Assembly (NCBI GenBank): GCA_019058295.1
Contig: JAHPZI010000022.1
Span: 133,083-197,082 of the forward strand
Origin: Promethearchaeota archaeon
Lineage (GTDB): Archaea > Asgardarchaeota > Lokiarchaeia > Sigyniarchaeales > SOKP01
Direction of reading: 5' to 3'
Length of the DNA: 64,000 nucleotides
Part shown: in pieces, positions 9,510 to 17,246 of the stretch
How the letters are laid out: each line of letters opens with the position of its first letter
How positions within the stretch are numbered: the first letter of the stretch is position 1
Notes under the pieces: generated by a model
Seen by the model: the letters and a program-made list of their open reading frames with translations, nothing else
Database searches by the model: none
What the model was told of the DNA's origin: nothing
Position numbers and translations under genes: made by a program

Positions 9510-10589
9510 ATGGCTTTTAATGTAATTACACTTCCAGTTATAGTGCTATTTATTTTAAATGGATTTTGTCAATTATATTACGCGATTAAACTAAAAAGAA
9601 AGTACCCAGAGGAACATAATATCATAAATAGTTATGTTTCTTTTGTTTTATGGATTATTGCTGGATTGTTATATCCATTCATTTATTTAACGGACAATTC
9701 ACGTATTAGATGGTTTCAAGCATTATCAACATTTTTTATCTGTATTTTTACGCCCGGAATTCTTTTTCTAATACTATATTATCAATATAGAGTTGTTAAA
9801 AAGAATCCTGAATTGAAAAAAAGAAGGTGTTTCTCTTTTTTTATAAAAGAATTTAACCAAAAAAGAAATGAAACCCAGAACATGAAAATTAGTAAATTTA
9901 GAAAAGACATAAATAGAAAAGCTTTACATTTATTTCCGGCAAGTGTAATAATTATATTATGGATATTTGCCGTTTATATATGGGACGGGATGTGGAAGGC
10001 CGACCAAATTTGGGGAATAAGTGGTGTGAATTTTGGAAAGTTTTTAATTATCACTGCGGGATATTCTGGAATTCTAGTTTTTTCTGCATTAGATTACGTG
10101 AGATTGTCGTATATTTTTGAAAATCGTAATATTTTTCATTTATTACCTGATAATGTCTCAAATATATTAAAAAAGGCTTTAAATAGAAATGAGTTGTATG
10201 AATTTACGAGACCTGCTGTTTTTGTTTTAGCACTCGTGCCTATCTTTTTTTTTCCCTTTGGAATCTTTGCTGCCGCAGCATTAATAGGAACAATTGGCGA
10301 CGGTGCCGCCTCCGTTTTCGGTATAAAGTTTGGAAAGCGCAATTTTCCCAAAAACAGTGATAAGACTGTTGTTGGGTACATAGCCGGATTTTTAGCTTCA
10401 TTCGGAATAGTTATTTTTTCTCTATGGATATTTGAAAGTGATTTGGTTCTTGAAAAAATATTAATAATAGCTTTAGGAGGAGCTGTTATATTCTTTATAA
10501 TTGACTTTTTAAACCTTAGAATTGACGATGATATCCTAAATCCATTATGTTGCGCAATAGTTATGATTTTATTGTATTATTTCATTTAA
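9510..10589 (+). CDS. CTP-dependent polyprenol/diacylglycerol kinase family membrane protein (Sec59/DGK1/phytol-kinase-like)
   Basis: RKALHL, IGDGAASVFGIKFG, KTVVGYIAG and IDDDILNP motifs in a multi-TM protein. Confidence 0.8.
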   Translation: MAFNVITLPVIVLFILNGFCQLYYAIKLKRKYPEEHNIINSYVSFVLWIIAGLLYPFIYLTDNSRIRWFQALSTFFICIFTPGILFLILYYQYRVVKKNPELKKRRCFSFFIKEFNQKRNETQNMKISKFRKDINRKALHLFPASVIIILWIFAVYIWDGMWKADQIWGISGVNFGKFLIITAGYSGILVFSALDYVRLSYIFENRNIFHLLPDNVSNILKKALNRNELYEFTRPAVFVLALVPIFFFPFGIFAAAALIGTIGDGAASVFGIKFGKRNFPKNSDKTVVGYIAGFLASFGIVIFSLWIFESDLVLEKILIIALGGAVIFFIIDFLNLRIDDDILNPLCCAIVMILLYYFI

Positions 10590-10647
10590 AATTTTATTAA
10601 GTTATATTAGATTCTTTTCAGCACAAAAACCACACCCTCATACATTT

Positions 10648-10669
10648 ATCAATATTAATTAATATTGAT
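10648..10669. promoter_or_regulatory. Perfect 22-bp palindrome, candidate operator
   Basis: ATCAATATTAATTAATATTGAT is its own reverse complement; ~70 bp upstream of 10738. Confidence 0.45.
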
Positions 10670-10737
10670 TAATTACTATTTTAAAATCAAGAGGAATTCT
10701 TTAACGACAATAATGACTATTTGTGAAAAAATAAATT

Positions 10738-11826
10738 ATGATTGAATCAGAAGATCATAAAGAGAATTTGATAAAATTTACCGAAAAATATCGCAACATC
10801 CCGCAATCGTTCCCCCAAGACAAGAACGGAAAACCAACTGAGAAATATCTGGAGTATCTCAGCTTGATTTACGATGCCGAAGCAATAAAAATTGTCCTTG
10901 AACTGGATGTTCTTCCTGAAATGATCTCTATTTCAAAGCTTTCTAGAAAATTAGGGATAGAAAAAGAAGAACTTTTAAATAAATTGGAACCCCTTATTAA
11001 AAGGGGTTTTGTTTTTAAACTAGGACCTAGACTTGCACGCCCAACGCCATTATACTTATATGATTTGCCATTTGCCTTAGAATCAAATTATTTAAGAGAA
11101 GATGTTAAGGAATTTGCCAGATTAAGCCGTGAGTTCTTCGAAGAAGGATATTATAAAACGTGGGAAAACACTAAAGAAGGAATACCTTTAACGAGAGTTT
11201 TAACCGTAAGCGAAGAGGTTGAAGATCCTAGAGAAATCGTACCCTATGAAGAAGTGTATAAAATTATCGACCAACATTCTGTTTTCGCGGTGGTTGGATG
11301 TCCGTGTCGAAGGAGAAAAGAAATAGAAGGTATTAGAAAGTGTAAAGATAAATATCCTATCCATAACTGCCTACAAATGGGGATTCACGCAGAGTATTTA
11401 TTAAATGAAATAGGGGATCCGGACATTAAACGCATCTCTAAAGAAGAAGCAAAGAAAATTACAAAAGAAGCTGCTGAAATAGGTCTCGTGCATACGACAG
11501 ATAATCGTGTAGGAAACTTTAATATCATCTGCGCGTGCTGCGAATGCTGCTGTGGATTTTTATCAGGTTTGACAAGGTTTGACAATCCAAGAGCCATAGC
11601 GAAAGCCAATTATATATCTCACGTCGATAGCGAGAAGTGCGTGGGGTGTGAGACGTGCTTAACCCGATGTAAATTTGACGCAATTACAGTTGATGATGTT
11701 TCGCATATCAACATTGATAAATGCATGGGCTGTGGACTCTGTGCCGTGACGTGTCCTCAAGAAGCAATCACCATGAAAAGAATGGAACGAGAAACAATAC
11801 AAGAGAAAGAATTTGGATTGCTTTAG
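10738..11826 (+). CDS. 4Fe-4S dicluster (ferredoxin-domain) protein with N-terminal HTH-like region
   Basis: CPCR, ICACCECCC and two CxxCxxCxxxC ferredoxin motifs. Confidence 0.85.
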   Translation: MIESEDHKENLIKFTEKYRNIPQSFPQDKNGKPTEKYLEYLSLIYDAEAIKIVLELDVLPEMISISKLSRKLGIEKEELLNKLEPLIKRGFVFKLGPRLARPTPLYLYDLPFALESNYLREDVKEFARLSREFFEEGYYKTWENTKEGIPLTRVLTVSEEVEDPREIVPYEEVYKIIDQHSVFAVVGCPCRRRKEIEGIRKCKDKYPIHNCLQMGIHAEYLLNEIGDPDIKRISKEEAKKITKEAAEIGLVHTTDNRVGNFNIICACCECCCGFLSGLTRFDNPRAIAKANYISHVDSEKCVGCETCLTRCKFDAITVDDVSHINIDKCMGCGLCAVTCPQEAITMKRMERETIQEKEFGLL

Positions 11827-12012
11827 CAAAATTGAAAGAAATAATGAATTTATAACAATAATAATTAATGTTCGTCCAAGTCCAAGTTCGAAATTTTTTT
11901 CAATTATTTATAATATATGATTTTATGCCTTATATAAAAGATCCTAGAATAAAGCATTAAACCATGAGAAAGGGAATAATCAAATTTAATTTTATTGTTT
12001 CTATGAAATAAA

Positions 12013-12825
12013 TTAAACGTTAGTAATGTTTTTTGGAAGCGGGAAAGCTTTTTTCCAATAATAGTTAAATACATCTGCGATCCATTTCGTCCCTTGTTCA
12101 TGTTTAATTTTCCAGCCCTGCCTAAAGTCTGCTTTTCCTGATTTATTAAAAAAGACACATCCTAAATTAGTTAGCGGAAATAAAGCTATATTAACGGGAA
12201 AGGTTGGTAAATAGCGGAAATCATTTAATGAAATAATATTATCATATTTGCTTATAAACTGCCATGGAGGAATTTTAACAGTTTCCAATCTCTTCAATGA
12301 AATTATAAATTTATAATCAAATTCATATTCCGATGTTTTTACAGTAGAAGCAATTAAAGTCCCAATACTTGCATCAAAGTTTAAGTCGAATGATCCCATT
12401 AACTTTGCGTTGAACATAAGCTCTCTTTGCTGTTCGTCTTGAAAATTTTTAATAATTTCACCTAAAAATGAGGGTACTTCGATAACCTGAGTAGGTTCTA
12501 ATTCTGGTATTCTAAAAATAAATTGAAACGGTAGATCGTGAAGCTCATAATTAGAAATAAAATCAAAAGAATAAGTAATTGCTTTAAGCGGTTCAAGGAG
12601 TTTTTTAATCGTTTTCCAAATAGGTTTAATAGAATAAAATTTTTCTCCCTGGATAAGCTGAGTTTTTAATAACTTATCAAGATGATCTTTAATTGTAGGT
12701 GGTGGAGTATTCAATCTAGAAGCGATAGTTGATAAACGCAATTCTTCTTCATGTTCATCAAGTAATTTAAGGATTTCCTGCCGCCTCTGAGAAGATAGCA
12801 CCTTTAAAAATTCATAAAACTCCAT
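12013..12825 (-). CDS. ArsR-type wHTH transcriptional regulator with C-terminal effector domain
   Basis: LKVLSSQRRQEILKLL...IASRLNTPPPTIKDHLDKL; divergent from the oxidoreductase operon. Confidence 0.8.
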   Translation of the reverse strand: MEFYEFLKVLSSQRRQEILKLLDEHEEELRLSTIASRLNTPPPTIKDHLDKLLKTQLIQGEKFYSIKPIWKTIKKLLEPLKAITYSFDFISNYELHDLPFQFIFRIPELEPTQVIEVPSFLGEIIKNFQDEQQRELMFNAKLMGSFDLNFDASIGTLIASTVKTSEYEFDYKFIISLKRLETVKIPPWQFISKYDNIISLNDFRYLPTFPVNIALFPLTNLGCVFFNKSGKADFRQGWKIKHEQGTKWIADVFNYYWKKAFPLPKNITNV

Positions 12826-12855
12826 ATAGTTAATGTATTTGTATATGTTTATTTA

Positions 12856-12877
12856 TTTTTCGGAAAAACCCGAAAAA
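12856..12877. promoter_or_regulatory. Inverted repeat TTTTTCGG-N6-CCGAAAAA, candidate operator of the ArsR-type regulator
   Basis: Perfect 8-bp arms in the divergent intergenic region, 31 bp from the regulator start. Confidence 0.55.
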
Positions 12878-13060
12878 TTACGTAAAGCATTATTTTGTGC
12901 TAAAAGTCGAGATTTATAATGGATTATAAGAAATAATGAATTTCTTATGATTTTTTAAGTAAAGCTTAAATATTAGATGTGATAATGTAAAAATAGCTAA
13001 AAAGTTTATGATAAAATCAAACTTAAAAAAATAATTAATTAATAATAAAAATCCCTATTA

Positions 13061-14482
13061 GTGAATATAATGAATATAAAAGAATTCAAAGTTGAAATGG
13101 AAAAGATTGTAGGTAAAAACAATGTTATCGAAGATCAAGATCGGACTAAAGATTACTCACAAGACTCTCATTACCCTTTAGTAGAGGGAAGTATATCCCA
13201 AATTGTAATAATTCCTAATAACTTTGAGGAAGTTCAGCAAATAGTTAAAGTCAGTAATGAATATAAAATCCCACTTATTCCTAAAAGCTCTGAAGTAAGT
13301 CTTTATGGTGGAACTATAGCAAATAATGGTGGTGTAATACTTGACTTACGAAAATTAAATCAGATAAGAACCATTAATGAGACAAGTATGTATGCTGTTA
13401 TTGAACCTGGAGTTACATTTAAACAGCTGCAGAAAGAGTTAGATAATTATAAGCTTAGAATCCTCCCTACGATTTTTTCTAGTTCCGACTCTATTATTTC
13501 TTCTTATTTAGCCCGTTATCCAACATATTCCATGGCTAAATTTGAATATACAGAACTAGTTGCAAATCTTGAGATTGTCTTAGGGAATGGAGATCTCTTC
13601 AGAACTGGATCATGGGCTTCAGTCAAAAGTCCACCTGTTTATCCATATGGATCTTCTTTAGATTGGTTTAGAATTTTTCATGGAGCGAGAGGTGGATTGG
13701 GAGTTATTACTAAAGCTTCAATAAGGATTAAACCTAAACCTCTAATTCAAGAGATAGTATCAGTTCCGTTTTCTAATCATAAAGATTTTATTAATTTCGT
13801 GTATAAGGTTGAAAGAAAAGAAATTGGAACTGAATGTATTCTATTAAACAAGGTAAATGCTTTAAATTATCTAGAGATTGAAGATAAAACTAAAGGATTC
13901 CCAAACTGGATATTTCTAATCTGTCTGGAAGGTCTTCAAAGGCTTCCTGAAGAGAAAATTGCTTATGAAAAAGAAGCTTTAAGTCAGTTAATTGTAGAAC
14001 ACAAAATAAAGGTAAAAATGGACGACTTAATTTATAAATTGGAACAAACTATATTAAAAGAATTTAATGAGCCTCGAGTTATAAAGAAAAAAGCTTATGA
14101 TCTACCTGTATATCTAACTTTAAATAAATTTCCAGATGTTTATTCAATAATTCAGAACGAATTAAGTCGATTTAACGGTAATAAAATCGAATTGGGAGTC
14201 TCTATTATCCCAGTTGAGCGAAATAGAACGGCTTATGTCGAATTTGATCTTTATACCGGACTTAACACTGAACAAGAAATAACTGAATTTAAAAAATTAT
14301 TTAGTAATTTAGGGGAATTAGCTGTAAAAGCTGGAGCGATCATTGATATTCCTTATGGTCCTTTAAAGCAAGTAATTTATTCTAAACTTGGGAATTATTT
14401 AGCTTTAATTAATGAGGTCAAGGATATTTTTGATCCAAATAATATAATGAATCCAGGAAAAATAGAAAAGGAGGTAATCTAA
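13061..14482 (+). CDS. FAD-binding oxidoreductase (GlcD/VAO family)
   Basis: VIIPNNFEEVQQIV, AVIEPGVT, GARGGLGVITK, FDPNNIMNPGK; likely start ATG 13070. Confidence 0.88.
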   Translation: MNIMNIKEFKVEMEKIVGKNNVIEDQDRTKDYSQDSHYPLVEGSISQIVIIPNNFEEVQQIVKVSNEYKIPLIPKSSEVSLYGGTIANNGGVILDLRKLNQIRTINETSMYAVIEPGVTFKQLQKELDNYKLRILPTIFSSSDSIISSYLARYPTYSMAKFEYTELVANLEIVLGNGDLFRTGSWASVKSPPVYPYGSSLDWFRIFHGARGGLGVITKASIRIKPKPLIQEIVSVPFSNHKDFINFVYKVERKEIGTECILLNKVNALNYLEIEDKTKGFPNWIFLICLEGLQRLPEEKIAYEKEALSQLIVEHKIKVKMDDLIYKLEQTILKEFNEPRVIKKKAYDLPVYLTLNKFPDVYSIIQNELSRFNGNKIELGVSIIPVERNRTAYVEFDLYTGLNTEQEITEFKKLFSNLGELAVKAGAIIDIPYGPLKQVIYSKLGNYLALINEVKDIFDPNNIMNPGKIEKEVI

Positions 14483-14483
14483 A

Positions 14484-15656
14484 ATGACTATTGACTTAGA
14501 CGAGTATTATAAAATCATTCGTAACTGCAGTAAATGTGCGATGTGTCGAAATATGTCGCCGTGGGATATGGGGAGCTTGGAATTTAAAGATATATGTCCA
14601 AGCGGGACAAGATTTCTCTTTGAAGCATACTTTGCTCCCGGAAAAATGGAAATAACCCGAGCATTATTAGACAATGATATTCAGTATTCGGAACGTTTAG
14701 AACATATAATTTTTGCGTGTCCCTTATGTGGAGGCTGTCAAGCACAATGCGATGAGGTAAATATAATTAAGCCCCTTGATGTATTACAAGAGTTAAGAAT
14801 AAAATATGTTAAAGCAAAGGGTCCTTTAGAGGCTCATGCTAAATTCGCTGAAAGTTTAAAAGAGTTGCATAATCCTTATAATGAACCTCATGAAAATCGA
14901 TTAAATTGGCTTCCTAAGAATATAACCTTCAATGAAGATGCTAAAATTGCTTATTTTGTTGGATGTACCTCATCCTATAGAAGGGAAGAAATCGCAAAAG
15001 CTATGGTAAATGTTTTAGACTCATTAAAGGTTGAGTTCAATATCCTTCATCCTAGTGAGTGGTGTTGCGGAAGTCCATTATTTATGACAGGTCAAATTGA
15101 TGCCGGAATTGAATTGATGAAACATAATTTAGAAGCGATAAAAGAAAAGGGGATTGAAACGCTAGTGTTTTCTTGTGCTGGATGTTATAAAACTTTTAAA
15201 GAGACGTATCCAAAGTATGTTGGAGATTTAAAATTTAATGTCTATCATTTTACTGAGTTTATAGCAGATTATTTCAAAAAAAATGATATAAAACTTAAAT
15301 CTTTCCCTAAAAGCATTACCTATCATGATCCTTGTCATTTAGGACGGCATTCTAAAGTTTATGAAGCACCTCGAGAAGTTTTAAAACAAATACCGGGAAT
15401 AAAATTTATCGAAATGGAAAGAATTAAGGAAAATGCGTGGTGCTGCGGGGCAGGAGCCGGAGTTTCATCGGCATATAAAGATTTTGCGTATTGGACCGCT
15501 ACACAGAGACTAAAAGAAGCAGAATCTACTGGAGCAGATATTTTAACGACATCATGTCCTTTTTGTATTACAAATTTTCTTGAAACTTCTAAAATAAGTA
15601 AGAGTTCATTAGAGATTATTCCCCTAATTAAAATCTTAGAGGAGGTAATTAAATAA
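14484..15656 (+). CDS. (Fe-S)-binding CCG-domain oxidoreductase (GlcF/GlpC/HdrD-like)
   Basis: CSKCAMC, CPLCGGCQAQC, WCCG, YHDPCHLGR, CCGAG, SCPFC. Confidence 0.9.
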   Translation: MTIDLDEYYKIIRNCSKCAMCRNMSPWDMGSLEFKDICPSGTRFLFEAYFAPGKMEITRALLDNDIQYSERLEHIIFACPLCGGCQAQCDEVNIIKPLDVLQELRIKYVKAKGPLEAHAKFAESLKELHNPYNEPHENRLNWLPKNITFNEDAKIAYFVGCTSSYRREEIAKAMVNVLDSLKVEFNILHPSEWCCGSPLFMTGQIDAGIELMKHNLEAIKEKGIETLVFSCAGCYKTFKETYPKYVGDLKFNVYHFTEFIADYFKKNDIKLKSFPKSITYHDPCHLGRHSKVYEAPREVLKQIPGIKFIEMERIKENAWCCGAGAGVSSAYKDFAYWTATQRLKEAESTGADILTTSCPFCITNFLETSKISKSSLEIIPLIKILEEVIK

Positions 15657-17215
15657 TGATTGACTTGAGTTTATCTGATAAACATCTAGAAGTGTATTCT
15701 AAATTGGAACAAATCGTTGGAAAAGAATACATCTCTGACGATCCATCAATTCGTATAGTTCATTCACGTGATCAATCTCCTTTTGCTAATCTAAAACCTA
15801 TACCTCCTGAATACGTAGTATTGCCTGAAAACACAGAACAAATTCAAGAAATTATGAAGATCTCAAATGAATATAAAATTCCGGTGGTAATTCAAAATAC
15901 AGGAGTGAATGCTAGTGGGGCTTGCGTCCCTGAAGAAACTGGATCAATCTTAATGCATCTCCGTCGCTTAAACCAAATTATTGAAATTGATGATCTTAAT
16001 ATGTCGGCAACAATTCAACCCTATGTTAGCTACGCTGATTTGCAAGTAGAAACCATGAAAAAAGGACTTTGGCTCCCATCTCCAGCGGCCCCATCCACTG
16101 TTGGAGTAATTTCAAATATGCTCTTTTGTGGAATGACATGGTGTATGGTTAAATACGGATATGAAAGGAGATCCATTATTTGCATGACATGGGTAACTCC
16201 TAAAGGTGAAATTATAAAAACTGGTTCATCTGCAGTAGGAAATGTCGGTAAATTCTGGTGGAATGGTCCAGGACCAGATCTTAAAGGAATTTTAACAGGA
16301 GCAATTGGTGAATTAGGGATTTGCACTGAAATGACGGTTAAACTGTATCCATGGGTTGGAGGTTCGCAATTAAAACCAGGGGAATTGGCAGAGAATACAA
16401 AAATCCTAACAATTTCATTTAGGAAAGGAGAAAGAATGATAAAGGCGCTACAGGAATTAAGCCGAGCAAACATTGCAGTTGCTTTAACAAAAATGCCCTT
16501 AGTTTGGTCAATTATGGGCATTCCTAAATATCTTGAAACATCAAAAAAAATGTGGGAAAAAAAGGAGCAAATTGAACCTATTATGAACTATTTTGTCTTT
16601 GTTTGCATTCAAGGAATAACTTCTGAAAAACAAATTGAATATTGTGAAAAAATAGTTAGACAAATTGCCAAAGAAACTAGAGGGATGGTTATTGATCCTG
16701 AAACTATGTCTCTACCTCTTGATCAATTTGATCCTGATTTTAAACCTGAGGAAAACCTATCAGAGTTTTTTAGAGCCAAGATTTCTCCCAGAATAATGAG
16801 ATTTAAAGGAGGATTCATGCCCGCTTTCTTTCCTCAAGAACCTATCGAGAACGCACTTAAGAGTGCTGAATTAATGGAGAACACTTTAAAAGATTCTCCA
16901 ATCTACCCCCAAGATCTTTTTAGTAGCTGTGTTGTACCGGTGGATATGGGACATTTTGGTTTGCATGAATTAGATATTTTTTATGATCAAAATTCCCCGG
17001 AAGAATTAAAGGCATGCCTTGATTTTGCTGTTAAAGTACAACGCCTTTCTCAATCAGAACAAGATACGTGGCCACCTCATAGCGAATGGAGATCGTACCA
17101 TTGGGATGTTGTTAAGGATATTCCTGAATTTGCTATTCTAAAGTCAAAATCAGAAAAGATTAAAAATCTATTTGATCCCAATCGTATAATGAATCCGGGA
17201 AAATGGTTAAAGTAA
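15656..17215 (+). CDS. FAD-binding oxidoreductase (GlcD/VAO family), second subunit
   Basis: VVLPENTEQIQ, GPGPDLKGILTGAIGELGICT, FDPNRIMNPGK; TAATG translational coupling. Confidence 0.88.
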   Translation: MIDLSLSDKHLEVYSKLEQIVGKEYISDDPSIRIVHSRDQSPFANLKPIPPEYVVLPENTEQIQEIMKISNEYKIPVVIQNTGVNASGACVPEETGSILMHLRRLNQIIEIDDLNMSATIQPYVSYADLQVETMKKGLWLPSPAAPSTVGVISNMLFCGMTWCMVKYGYERRSIICMTWVTPKGEIIKTGSSAVGNVGKFWWNGPGPDLKGILTGAIGELGICTEMTVKLYPWVGGSQLKPGELAENTKILTISFRKGERMIKALQELSRANIAVALTKMPLVWSIMGIPKYLETSKKMWEKKEQIEPIMNYFVFVCIQGITSEKQIEYCEKIVRQIAKETRGMVIDPETMSLPLDQFDPDFKPEENLSEFFRAKISPRIMRFKGGFMPAFFPQEPIENALKSAELMENTLKDSPIYPQDLFSSCVVPVDMGHFGLHELDIFYDQNSPEELKACLDFAVKVQRLSQSEQDTWPPHSEWRSYHWDVVKDIPEFAILKSKSEKIKNLFDPNRIMNPGKWLK

Positions 17216-17246
17216 ATCCATTATATTGCGCAATAAAAACTAATTA

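Noticed and set aside
16030-16521. 163-aa antisense ORF and other antisense ORFs inside long genes (e.g. 21166, 29326, 34116, 56793, 61753)
   Set aside because: Fully nested opposite well-supported genes, with no recognisable motifs.
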